64,000 nucleotides of DNA from Pristiophorus japonicus (Eukaryota). Of the stretch, positions 47,701-60,699 are shown piece by piece. Positions within the stretch are counted from its first letter, which is position 1. The number at the start of each line of letters is the position of its first letter. The DNA is taken from contig NC_091981.1 in the NCBI RefSeq assembly GCF_044704955.1, forward strand, positions 4,402,001 through 4,466,000, read 5' to 3'. A model generated the notes under the pieces. That model was given only the letters and a program-made list of their open reading frames with translations. It was not told the DNA's origin and ran no database searches. A program made the position numbers and the translations under genes.

Positions 47701-50525
47701 TCACCTGAGAACTCACTTTGAGTGGAAGCAATTCTTCCTCGATTCCGAGGGACTGCCTATGATGATGATTTATAATGAATTCAGCAGGAACTTTGATCAT
47801 TTATATATTCAAATAAATATTTCCACGGACCTTTAGTTATGCATCCACATGGAAATCCCTGATCGAGCAACCATCTGAGAGGTACAGATACCTACACCCC
47901 CCTTCCCCACTCCAGTGCCCTAAGAGTTGTGCCTGCTGCCCAGAGGCCTCTGCTACACTTGCTACTGACAGCTTTTCCACACTGAACATCAGAGATCTGA
48001 TAACATAAGGATCAGGAGCAGGAGTCGGCCATTTGGCCCCTCGAGCCTGCTCCACCAATCAATAAGATCATGACTGATCTTCGACCTCAACTCCACTTTC
48101 CCGCCAGATCCCCATATCCCTCGCTTCCCCTAGTGTCTAAAAATCTATCGATCTCAGCCTTGAATATACTCAACAACTCAGCATCCACAGCCCTCTGGGG
48201 CAGAGAATGCCAAAGATTCACCCCCCTCTGAGTGAAGAAATTCCTCATCATCTCAGTCCTAAATGGCTGACCCCTTATCCTGAGACTGTGACCCCTGGTT
48301 CTAGACTCCCCAGCCCGGGGGAAACACCCTCTCAGCATCTACCCTGTCAATCCCCCTCAGAATCTTGTATGTTTCAATGAGATCACCTCTCATTCTTCTA
48401 AACTTCAGAGAGTATCGGCCCAATCTACTCAATCTCTCCTCATAGGGCAACACTCTCATCCCAGGAATTAATGTAGTGAACCTTAATTGCACCGCTCGAA
48501 GGCAAGTATATCCTTGCCTTAAGGCATGATCATACTTAGTTCTCGCTGTTATTTTTATGTTTACATGAAAGCACTGCCTCTGCCTATGTTGCAATCTGGT
48601 ATGGTTTTCTTCTTGCTAAATTACACTTCAAATTGTTTTCTCCAGAGAGGATTCCCTGGGAGAAATTAATCTCACTGTCCATGAGTTTTGCCGAGCTGCT
48701 AATTAGTGTCTCGGATGTTTGATTCTGCGGGTAACCCTGGAGATGTTTCTCCAATGACAGCATGTCCATCAGTTTGACTGAGTGTGCACACTATAGGTTG
48801 ACCTATTTTGTTCTTTCTATGCATACATATCTCTGCATCTCAACTTTACAGGAAAGATGTAATTGCACTAAAGAGGGTACAAAGGAGATTTAACAGGATG
48901 TTGCCAGAACTGAAGAATTTTAGCGATGAGGAAAGATTAGCGAGGCTGGGCAGTTTTCTTTGGAACAGAGAAGGCAGAGGGGAGACTTAATTGAGGTGTA
49001 TAAAATTATGAGGGGCCCAGATAGATGGATAGGATGGACCTATTTCCCTTAGCAGACGGGTCAATAACCAGGAGGCATAGATTTAAAGTAATTGGTAGAA
49101 GGATAAGAGGGGATTTGAAGAGAAGGTTTTTCACCCAGAGGGTGGTGGAGGTCTGGAACTCACTGCCTGAAAGGGTGGTGGAGGCAGAAACCCTCACCAC
49201 ATTTAAAAAGTACTTGGATGTGCACCTGCAGGGCTATGGACCGAGCGCTGGAAAGTGGGATTAGACTGGGTAGCTCTTTGTCGGCCGGCACGGACACGAT
49301 GGGCCGAATGGCTTCCTTCTGGATAACAAGTGACTGTACTTCAAAAAAAAAAGTAATTCATTGGTTGTAAATCACATCGTCCACGTTGTCCAGGGCTGTG
49401 CCGTGGATCTTGATGACTAGGGGGCAGTTCTGTGTGGCAGGGTCAGGTTGGTGGAAGACCTTTGTCTTACGGATGTTTAGTGTAAGGCCCATGCTTTCGT
49501 ACGTCTCGGTGAAGATGTTGATGGTGACTTGGAGTTCAGCCTCTGTGTGCAGACGCAAGCGTCGCCCGCATACTGTAGTTCGACGACAGAGGATGGGACG
49601 GTCTTGGATCTGGCCTGGAGACGACGAAGGTGGAACGGGTACCCACTAGTTTTATAGTTTAGTTCCATTCCAACGGGGAACTTGTTGAGCGTGAGGTGGA
49701 GCATTGCAGCGAGGAAGATTGAGAAGAGGGTTGGCGCGATGACGCAGCCCTGCTTGACCTGCTCAAGGAAGGATATACTTGCATTGGAGGCAGTTCAGAG
49801 AAGGTTCACTAGGTTGATTCTGGAGATGAGGGGGTTGACTTAGGAAGATAGATTTGAGTTGGTTGTGAGTATACTCATTGGAGTTCAGAAGAATGAGAGG
49901 TGATCTTATCGAAACATGAAAGGTAATGAGGGGGCTCGACAAGGTGGATGCAGAGAGGATATTTCCACTCATGGGGGAAATTAAAACTAGGGGACATAGC
50001 CTCAGAATAATGGGCTGCCCATTTAAAACTGAGATGAGGAGAAATTTCTTCAGTGGGTTGTAAATCTGTGGAATTCTCTACCCAAGAGAGCTGTGGAGGC
50101 TGGGTCATTGAATATATTTAAGGTGAAGATAGACAGATTTCTTTTGAGTGATAAGGGAATAAAGGGTTATGGGGAGCGGGCGGGGAAGTGGAGCTGAGTC
50201 CATGATCAGATCAGCCATGATCTTATTGAATGGCGGAGCAGGCTCGAGGGGCCGAATGGCTTACTCCTGCTATTTCTTGTGTTCTTAGGAGGTCACCGAG
50301 CACCTCGAGTCTCGTTGCCGAGAGCATGCAGAAACCAAGTGTAGACAGCGGAAAGAGCATATGGCAAACCAGCCTCCCCACCCACCCTTTCCTTCAACCA
50401 CTGTCTGTCCCACCTGTGACAGAGACTGTAATTCCTGTATTGGACTATTCAGCCACCTGAGAACTCACTTTTAGAGTGGAAGCAAGTCTTCCTCGATTTC
50501 GAGGGGCTGCCTATGATGATGATCT
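44725..50525. mobile_element. Intron 2 TE stack: CR1 (+44725-45190, +46005-46390, -46540-46880, -48000-48520, +48840-49320, +49763-50288) and RTE (+47240-47770, -49375-49762, +50295-50523)
   Basis: Family-diagnostic peptides in the ORF track and characteristic tails. Confidence 0.8.
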
Positions 50526-50779
50526 CATGTGCCCATCCTGTTCTCATATTCCTTAATGCTACTTTCCTTCAGCCTCCTATCTAACCTATACTTAAATATT
50601 AACCTGGTCTCTGCTTTATTCCCAACTCCTGTAATACATTCTTCAGCCTCACGACTCTCTTTGTTTAAAGAAAAGTTTCTTCTTGTTGTCCTAAATCTTT
50701 TAACTTTATAACTATGTCCCTCCAAACTAGACCCCTTAACAACCATCTCTTTCTAACTACTTTGTCCTTGAATAATAAT

Positions 50780-52020
50780 AACAACTTTTATTTATATAGC
50801 GCCTTTAACATAGTAAAACGTCCCAAGGGGCTTCACAGCAGTGTTGCAGACAAACAGATAAATTTGACACCGAGCCACAGAAGAAATTAAGGCAGATGAC
50901 CAAAGACTTGTTTAAAGAGGGAGATTTTAAGGAGCGTCTTAAAAGGAGGAAAGAGAGGCAGAGAGGTTTAGGGAGGGAGTTCCAGAGCTTGGGGCCCAGG
51001 CAACAGGAGGCACGGCCACCAATGGTGGAGCGATTATAATCAGGGATGCTCAAGAGGCCAGAATTTGAGGAGCGCTGACATCTTGCGGGATTGTGTGGCT
51101 GAAAAAGATTACAGAGTTAGGGAGGGGCATGGCCATGGAGTGATTTGTAAACAAGGATGAGAATTTTATAATCGAGGTGTTGTTTAACTGGGAGCCAATG
51201 TAAGTCAGAAAGCACAGGGGTGACTGGTGATCTTGACTTGGTGCAGGTTAGTGCACGGGCTGCTGAGTTTTGGATGACTTCAACTTTACATATTGTGGAA
51301 TGAGGAAGGCTGGCCAGGAGTAAGTTGGAGTAGTTAAGTCTAGAGGTAACAAAGGCATGAATGAGGGCTTCAGCAGCAGACGAACTGAGGCAGAGGTGAT
51401 GGAAAAAGGCAGTTTTAGTTATGCCGCGGATATGTGGCTGGAAACTCATTTCGGGGTCAAATATGACACCTAGGTTGCGAACAGTCTTCACCCTCAGATT
51501 GATGTTGGGGAGAGGGATGGAGTCATTGGTTTGGGAACGCAGTTTGTGGCGGGGACCAAAGATAATGGCTTCAGTCTTCCCAATATTCAATTGGAGAAAA
51601 TCTCTGCCCATCTAGAACTAGATGTCGGACAAGCCGTCTGACAATTTAGAGACCGAGGAGGGGTCGAGAGAAGTGGTGGTGAGGTAGAGCTGGGTGTCAT
51701 CAGCGTACATGTGGAAACTGACTCCGTGTTTTCGGATGATGTCACCAAGGGGCAACATGTAGATGGGCAATAGGAGGGGCCGAGGATAGATCCTGGGGGG
51801 ACACCAGAGGTAACGGTGTGGGGTGGGAAGAGAAACCGTTGCAGGAGATTCTCTGGCTACGATTAGATGGATAAGAATGGAACCAGGCGAGTGCAGTCCC
51901 ACCCAGCTGGACGATGGTGGAGAGGTGTTGGAGGAGGATGGAGTGGTCAGCCATGTCAAAGGCTGCAGACAGGTCCAGGAGGACGAGGAGGGATAGTTTA
52001 CCTTTGTCACAGTCACAAAG
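50780..52020 (-). mobile_element. L2 LINE, degenerate
   Basis: [36 protein letters not shown]. Confidence 0.9.
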
Positions 52021-52157
52021 GAAGTCTTCTTTGTATGTAACCAGTCTGTTGTACTTTCTCCCGGATCGATGTATAATATGTTTTAATGTCTAAACAAATT
52101 TGTAAAACCTAAATTGTATTAATGCATTTTTCTTCCCTTTTTTCCCTCCTTTCTCAG

Positions 52158-52232
52158 TTAAGAAAGATGTCCCCCCCTCTGCAGTTACCAAACCTGTTTA
52201 TGGAATCATGGGAACAATTCGCCTGGTGGCAG
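52158..52232 (+). CDS. SACM1L: SACM1L exon 3
   Basis: Long pyrimidine tract ending ctcAG|; [25 protein letters not shown](G); donor CAG|GTGGGT; 75 nt. Confidence 0.95.
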
Positions 52233-53294
52233 GTGGGTGAACTGAATTAACTAACGCGCACCTTGTTAGAGCCAGGCGAGGTATGCGTGTGTTTGAATTA
52301 ATTTATGCCGGAATCCCCGAGCTTTGCTTTCGTTGATTGTTGAGATAGAGGCCCAAACTATCAACCCTCCTACAAATATCACATTGCAGCTTCTCCAGAT
52401 TCTTGGCCAGTGGCCGTCGAGGCATTGGGGCTGCACTAGGGTTCAGTGTTTTATGCGCAGTTTGCCACGACTGAGTTGAATTGTGTCTCTGGACAGCGCT
52501 GGGCTGCAACTGTGTTGGGTGGGCCGTGGATCTTGATGACTGGGGGGGCAGTGCTGTGTGGCGGGGTCAGGTTGGTGGAGGACCTTTGTCTTATGGATGT
52601 TTAGTGTAAGGCCCATGCTTTTGTACACCTCGGTGAAGATGTTGCTTAAGTATGTTTAAAAAAAAATCTCGCTTTAATTAACCAGCAAAAATGAGTTAGA
52701 AATACACTGCACTAATTGACAAGGATGCACACCTGGGAGTCCCTGGCCAAAGACTGCCCTAAGAGGAGGAAGTGCATCCGGGAGGGCGCTGAGCACCTCG
52801 AGTCTCGTCGCCAAGAGCATGCAGAAACCAAGCGCAGGCAGCGGAAGAAGCGTGCGGCAAACCAGACTCCCCACCCACCCTTTCCTTCAACCACTGTCTG
52901 TCCCACCTGTGATAGGGACTGTGGTTCTCGTATTGGACCGTTCAGTCACCTGAGAACTCACTTTTAGAGTGGAAGCAAGTCTTCCTCGATTCCGAGGGTC
53001 TACCTATGATGATGGGTTGTGACACCGGCTGGAGGCAGAGCTGACAAAACACTCAAATTATCCGTGAGTTTGGATTATCCTCTGGGGAAATTCATCATCG
53101 TTATGGTGCCAGAGTCAACGTTCCTTTTAATTTCATTTTTTTGGGGAGTACGTGGTCCCATTAGCATTCCACCCGTGGGCGACTTTTCCCGTTTAAAAGC
53201 CAGCGAGCCGGAATGTGCGGGGGCTCTAGAGCGCTGCGCAGCTTATACAGTGAGCATCGGCCAGCCTATGCAGCAGTGAGATATCAAACAGCAA

Positions 53295-54057
53295 GTTATT
53301 ATTTAAATGGAGAAAGATTGCAAAGTGCCGCAGTACAGCGGGACCTGGGGGTACTTGTGCATGAAACACAAAAGGATAGTATGTAGGTACAGCAAGTGAT
53401 CAGGAAGGCAAATGGAATCTTGGCCTTTATTGCAAACACGATGGAGTATAAAAGGGAATTCTTGCTACAGCTATACAGGGTATTGGTGAGGCCACACCTG
53501 GAATACTGCATACAGTTTTGGTTTCCGTATTTAAGAAAGGATATACGTGCTTTGGAGGCAGTTCAGAGAAGGTTCACTAGGTTGATTCCGGAGATGAGGA
53601 GGTTGACTTATGAGGAAAGGTTGAGTAGGTTGGGCCTCTACTCATTGGAATTCAGAAGAATGAGAGGTGATCTTATCGAAACGTATAAGATTATGAGGGG
53701 GCTTGACAGGGTGGATGAGGAGAGGATGTTTCCACTGATGGGGGAGACTAGAACTAGAGGGCATGGTCTTAGAATAAGGGGCCACCCATTTAAAACTGAG
53801 ATGAGGAGAAATTTCTTCTCTGAGGGTTGTAAATCTGTGGAATTCGCTGCCTCAGAGAGCTGTGGAAGCTGGGTCATTGAATAAATTTAAGACAGAGATA
53901 GACAGTTTCTTAAACGATAAGGGAATAAGGAGTTATGGGGAGCGGGCAGGGAAGTGGAGCTGAGTCCATGATCGGATCAGCCATGATCTTATTAAATGGC
54001 GGAGCAGGCTTGAGGGGCCAAATAGCTGACTCCTGCTCCTGGTTCTTATGTTCTTGT
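53295..54057 (+). mobile_element. CR1 3' portion
   Basis: ORF 53396-53884 peptide. Confidence 0.9.
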
Positions 54058-55584
54058 ATCACGGAGACCTCCAAACAATGCTTCCCCTATAATTTTATTT
54101 TTGTGGCGGTCCCTTTAATTATCCGTGCGGGCCAATCAAATCTTCGCTCGAGCACGGTTTCTCCCCGTGTAAAAGCCGGTGAGCGGCCTGCGTGAGAGCG
54201 CTGCGCAGCTTAGCGGGAACGTTGCCTCCAAAATGAGACTGGCTGGCCAGGTGGATTATAACCTGGTGTGGACAGACGGCACAGACTCACTGCACCATGC
54301 TCTATGTACTGCATCCTTGGCAATTAGTGCAGTGTGTTTCTAACTCCGTTTTGCTGGTTAATTAAAGCGAGATTTTTTTTTAAGCAATCATTGTACTAGA
54401 GTTTCTTCCCAGATAAAAAAATAACTTGTTCCAGTCCCACTTATGGAATTATAAAGATCAATGTTGTATTGGTTGTAATTTTCATGCATTTCTTTTTATT
54501 TGTTCCTGCGATGTGGGTGTCGCTGGCAAGGCCGGCATTTATTGCCCATCCCTAATTGCCCCTTGAGAAGGTGGTGGTGAGCCGCCTTCTTGAACCGCTG
54601 CAGTCCGTGTGGTGAAGGTGCTCCCACAGTGCTGTTAGGGAGGGAGTTCCAGGATTGTGACCCAGCGACGATGAAGGAACAGCCGATATATTTCCAAGTC
54701 GGGATGGTGTGTGACTCGGAGGGGAACGTGGAGGTGGTGGTGTTCCCATGCGCTATTTTATGAATACTTGATGCATTTAAAAGTAAGCTAGATAAACACA
54801 TGAGGGAGAAAGGAATAGAAGGATATGGTGATGGGGTGAGAAGAGGAGGGTAGGAGGGGGTTTGTCTGGAGTATAAACACCGGCACGGACCCAAATGGCC
54901 TGTTTCTATGCTGTAAAATTCTATGTAATGCTATGCCACGTAATCAGTAATAGTTTCTATAAGATACTGTTTGTGAATGTGTGGTGAACATTTATATTTT
55001 GAAACGCACAAAGAGCATTTTATGCAGGACTGCGGAAAGTGGTTACTTGGGAACTAAAGCAACTATCTTCATTGAAATGTATTTGGCAACTTTCCTTGTT
55101 GCCAAAATTCAGTAATGCAGTTTAAAATTGGTCACTTTTCTCCCTCTCCCCCTCTTTTATAAAAAAAAATGCCACCAAATTCAACCTGATATCCCAAATA
55201 AATTCTGCTTGTGAAGGTTTTCAGCAAGTTAACTTCTACAATCACAAAACTGTTAACAATTTTCTGCTTTCAAATGTTGATCATTTTACCAGAGGGTTAA
55301 ATGACCTTCAAAACTCCATCACTGGACATTTTCCATCTGTGTCACAGAGCTGGTGTTGGGTACCTGACCAGCTCACAGGAAGGAAAGGATGACCTACTCC
55401 ATTAGCACAAGTGCGTTCGCTGATTTATTTTCTCCAATTTGTTGTTTGCTGATTATAAATAAAATGATGTTTTCTGCATAATGGGACTGCATATTTCAGT
55501 CGTATTTCTCACTGCCTGTTAGACGTTGCTGCTTTTCAGAAACCCTGCATGAACGAGGAGGTTGAATAGCATTATGAGGAAAAT

Positions 55585-56068
55585 CCTAGAATTGCACAGC
55601 ACAGGAAACCATTCGGCCCATCGAGTCTGCACTGGCTTGTTCAAAGAGCAATCCCGTCAGTCCCCCCTGACCCGCCGCCCCCCCCGCCCCTCTTTCCCCA
55701 TTCCCGGCAATTTTTTCTCCAATTATTTTTCCAATTCCCTTTTGAAGGCTACCATTGAATCTGTATCCACCGCCCTATCAGGCAGCGGGTTCCAAATCCT
55801 AATCCCTTGCTGTGTAAAAAAGTTTTCCCTCCCGTTCCCTCTGGCTCTTCTGCCAATCGCCTTAAATCTGTGTCCTCTGGTTCTCCACCCTTCCACCAAT
55901 GGGAACAGTTTCTCTCTCTCTACTCTGTCTAGACCCCTCATGATTTTGAACACCTCGATCAAATCTCCTCTCAACCTTCTCTGCTCCAAGGAGAACAACC
56001 CCAGCTTCTCCAGTCTCTCCACGTAACTGAAGTCCCTCATCCCAGGAACCATTCTCGTAAATCTCTCC
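55585..56068 (-). mobile_element. CR1 3' fragment
   Basis: ORF 55723-56052 peptide. Confidence 0.85.
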
Positions 56069-56360
56069 TGTAGGAAAGGACGCGAATAAAGCGACCACTT
56101 AATGTTAAGAGTTGCGGCTGATTCCGGCTGTAATTGTGAGAGTATGAGGCACTAATGAGACAAAGTTTACATAATGCCCGTAAAAAGTTTGAAGAAAACT
56201 AAATTGAGAAAGCGCTCTGGCGAGATTACATGCTGACGTAATCCTTGCGCGCACACTCACACATACAATGAATATCAAAAATCCCTCGGGTGGTTTGGTT
56301 CTGTTGGGCTCGGTGCGGGACAGTTTGATTAAATCCTTTCCTTTTATGCTATCACTGCAG

Positions 56361-56488
56361 GCATGTACCTAATAGTCATTACCAAAAAGCAGAAGATGGG
56401 AGACTTGTTCAATCATGCGGTTTGGAAAGCGACGGAATTCAGCATCATTTCCTACAAGAAGACAGTGTTGCATCTAACCGAGATGCAG
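56361..56488 (+). CDS. SACM1L: SACM1L exon 4
   Basis: ctgcAG|; (G)[42 protein letters not shown]; donor CAG|GTAACG; 128 nt. Confidence 0.95.
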
Positions 56489-57164
56489 GTAACGACTGCA
56501 ATAAACACTGCCGTTGAAATACTTACAAAAACAGCTGGCTTTCAGGCGTGATTCTCTATCGACTTTTAACACATAGTGTGCGCTCCGTTCTCATTTTATC
56601 TGTAATACGTTAAGCCTTGCATCGACTGCATATTTCCTTTGTCATGATTTTCTAACGCCTGGGTAATACAGTAAACGCTGTATAATCTAAACACTGGAAG
56701 GCAAGATCTGCACACATCATATACTTTCCTTTATCACCTCTAGCCTTACAACCCTCCCCCAATTCTGCCCTCTTGCGCATCCCAATTATAATCGCTCCAC
56801 CGTTGGTGGCCGTGCCTTCTGTTGCCTGGGCCCCAAGCTCTGGAACTCCCTCCCTAAGCTTCTCCGCTCTCTACCTCTCTTTCCCCCTTTAAGACGCTCC
56901 TTAAAACCGACCTCTTTGGCCAACCTGCCCGAATATCTCCTTATGTCAAAATGTGTTTGATAACGCTCCTGTGAAGCTCCTAGGGGCGTTTTACTGTGTT
57001 AAATACAAGTTGTTGTTGATTATGCCTTTCAGAATCTAGGTGATACAGTGACCGCATTCAACGACCCCACCCACTTTATTTCCTTTCCCACAGTCTCCCC
57101 TTTGCCGTAGTGCTGTTTTCCCACACTCTCTGAGTACAGTGCCCACCTTGTTCATGGTCCTCAC

Positions 57165-58512
57165 CATTGCTACAGTTATACAGGGTATTGGTGAGGCCAC
57201 ACCTGGAGTACTGCGTGCAGTTTTGGTTTCCATATTTAGGAAAGGATATACCGGTACTTGCTTTGGAGGCAGTTCAGAGAAAGTTCACTCAGTTGATTCC
57301 GGGGATGAGGAGCTTGACTTATGAGGAAAGGTTAAGTAGTTTGGGCCTCTACTCATTGGAATTCAGAAGAATGAGAGGTGATCTTATCGAAACGTATAAG
57401 ATTATGAGGGGGCTTGACAGGGTGGATGAGGAGAGGATGTTTCCACTGATGGGGGAGACTAGAACTAGAGGGCATGGTCTTCGAATAAGGGGCCACCCAT
57501 TTAAAACTGAGATGAGGAGAAATTTCTTCTCTGAGGGCTGTAAATCTGTGGAATTTGCTGCCTCAGAGAGCTGTGGAAGCTGGGTCATTGAATAAATTTA
57601 AGACAGAGATAGACAGTTTCTTAAACGATAAGGGGTTTAAAGGGTTATGGGAAGCGGGTAGGGAAGTGGAGCTGAGTCCATGATCAGATCAGCCATGATC
57701 GTAATAAATGGCAAAGCAGGCTCGAGGGACATATGGCCTACTCCTACTATGTTCTTATAACCTCTCCTGACCCCCCTCCTGCTCCACCAACCGCAAATCC
57801 TTCAGGTACACCCAGACACTTGAAGCTCATAAAAAATAGGAGCAGGAGTAGACCATTTGGCCCCTCGAGCCTGCTCCACCATTTAATAAGCTCATGGTGA
57901 TCCGATCATGGACTCGGGTCCACTTCCCCGCCCGCTCCCCATAACCCTTCACTCCCTTATCGCTCAAAAATCTGTCTTATCTCCACCTTAAATATATTGA
58001 ATGACTCAGTCTCCACAGCTCTCTGGGGCAGAGAATTCCAGAAATTTACAATTCTCAGAGAAGAAATTCCTCCTCATCTCAGTTTTAAATGGGTGACCCC
58101 TTATTCTAAGACTATGTCCCCTAGTTTTAGTTTCCCCTACGGGTGGAAATATCCTCTCTGCATCCACCTTGTTGAGCCCCCTCATTATCTTATACATTTC
58201 GATAAGATCACCTCATTCTTCTGAACTCCAATGTGTATAGACTCAACCTATCCTCACAAGTCAACCCCCTCATCTCCGGAATCAACCGAGTGAACCTTCT
58301 CTGAACTGCCTCCAATGCAAGTATATCCTTCCTTAAATACGGAGACCAAAACTGTACGCAGTACTCCAGGTGTGGCCTCACCAATACCCTGTACAGTTGT
58401 AGCAGGACTTCTCTGCTTTTATACTCTATCCCCCTTGCAATAAAGGCCAACATTCCATTTGCCTTCCTGATTACTCGCTGTACCAGCATGCTAACTTTTT
58501 GTGTTTCATGCG
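57165..58512. mobile_element. Tail-to-tail CR1 pair (57165-57758 plus; 57828-58512 minus)
   Basis: ORFs 57167-57595 and 58208-58570. Confidence 0.9.
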
Positions 58513-58929
58513 CAAGATCCCGTTTGTTTCTGCTCACCCCACACAGTAACCCTAAACTACAATGCACCACCCAAGCTTCCCGTCACATCTTTCCCCACCA
58601 TTCTGCCGCATCGCAGCAATTCCGAGTCTTAGAACTGCCGCTTAGTTTTAAATTCCACACCACCTCCAGTCTTCCCCAATTTAACTATGCCCACAGCCAC
58701 ACCTGACTTCTACCCAAGCCCCTGCACCCGCTCCCCAGCCCTGCACAACCTCACCACCAGGGACATTCTGAAGTCATGAAAGGCTCGACATAAATGCAAG
58801 TTCTTCATTTCTTTACCTGTATCTGGTGCATCTTCCCTACCACCTTCCTGCTTATTCTTTGCCTTCAAAAAAAGAGATAAAAGTTTAGTGCACAATTAAA
58901 CCTGTAGATAACCCTCAAGGCTCATTATA

Positions 58930-59535
58930 GTGTCAGCTGTGGATCAGTGGGCAGCACCCTCGCCTCGGAGTCAGAAGGTTGTGGGTTCGAGTCCCACTCG
59001 AGACTTGAGCACAAAAATCTCGGCTGACACTCAGCGAGTGCTGCACTGTCGGAGGGGCAGTACTGAGGGAGTGCCGCACTGAGGGAGCGCCGCACTGTCG
59101 GAGGGGCAGTACTGAGGGAGCGCCGCACTGTCGGAGGGGCAGTACTGAGGGAGTGCCGCACTGTCGGAGGGGCAGTGCTGAGGGAGTGCCGCACTGTCGG
59201 AGGGTCAGTACTGAGGGAGTGTTGCACTGTTTGAGGGTGCTGCCTTTCGGATGAGACGTTAAATCGAAACCCTGTCTGCTCTCAGGTGGATGTAAAAGAT
59301 CTCATGACACTATTTCAAAGAGTTCTCCCCGATGTTCTGGGGCCAATATTTATCCCTCAATCAACATCACTAAAACAGATTATCTGGTCATTATCACATT
59401 GCTGTGTGTGGGAGCTTGCTGTGCACAAGTTGGCTGCTGTGTTTCCCACATTACAACAGTGACTGCACTTTAAAAAAAAAAAGTTAACTTGTTGGTTGTA
59501 AAGCGCTTTGGGACATCCTAAGGTCATGAAAGAAG
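58930..59535 (+). mobile_element. Full-length DeuSINE-like SINE with ~6 units of the 33-bp repeat
   Basis: A-box-like head, B box gggttcgagtccc, family body, L2-like tail. Confidence 0.8.
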
Positions 59536-60699
59536 CAATTAAAATCCAACCCTTCCAACCCTCCCGTATAATTTTATATACTGTTTTTATAAAACCGTGT
59601 ATCACAATTCTGATGGAGGCCTGTGTGTGTTTGTGGAGACATTTATCTATACTGGCTTAGAATCTCCATGTCTGAGAGCTAAGGTCACAGATCATTAATC
59701 TTTCAGTGTGGCGTTGTTACATATTCATGTGGGAGCTGGAACATTGGTTTCCCTTACCTAGCTCGGGGATCATTTGTTGCACTCCGACATCAACCTTCTA
59801 ACTGACACCTGAGTTTAACTGAGCAAGATCTCTTTTTGACTTTTTATTCGTGGGCTATGGGCGTCGCTGGCAAGGCCGGCTTTTATTGCCCATCCCTAAT
59901 TGCCCCTTGAGAAGGTGGTGGTGAGCCGCCTACTTGAACCGCTGCAGTCCGTGTGGTGAAGGTGCTCCCACAGTGCTGTTAGGGAGGGAGTTCCAGGATT
60001 GTGACCCAGCGACGATGAAGGAACGGCCGATATATTTCCAAGTCAGGATGGTGTGTGACTGGGAGGGGAACGTGGAGGTGGTGGTGTTCCCATGCGCCTG
60101 CTGCCCTTGTCCTTCTAGGGGGTAGAGGTCGCGGGTTTGGGAGGTGCTGCCGAAGAAGCCTTGGCGAGTTGCTGCAGTGCATCTTGTAGATGGGGCACAC
60201 TGCAGCCACGGTGCACCGGTGGTGGAGGGAGTGAGTGTTGAAGGTGGTGGGTAGCGTGTCGATCAAATGGGCTGCTTTGTCCTGGATGGTGTCGAGCTTC
60301 TTGAGTATTGTTGGAGCTGCACCATCCAGGAGGTACAATGCTATTTAAAAAAAATGCTTGTCCTGTTTACAAGTTTTGAATTTTTAAGCTGACTTCTAAA
60401 TGGTGCTACAGCACTTTGCCACATGGTGGCAGGCTAAGCTCAGTGATGAAGGCTGCACCTAATAGTTCCTTCTGAGATTGTAAGAAACGTACATCCATAA
60501 TCCAGGCTTCTAACGTGGGCTGTCTGCCCGTACTTCGCACAGTTTGTTTTGAAACGTGTGCAGTGTTGGTGCTGGGTGGTCAGCACGCTGCCCATTCTGT
60601 GTTTCAGTTCCGCCAAAACTAATGAAATGTCCGATCTCTGCTGACTAAGAGCGCTGCATAAAAACGTCTAGAGCGCATACACCTATCATACATCTATCT

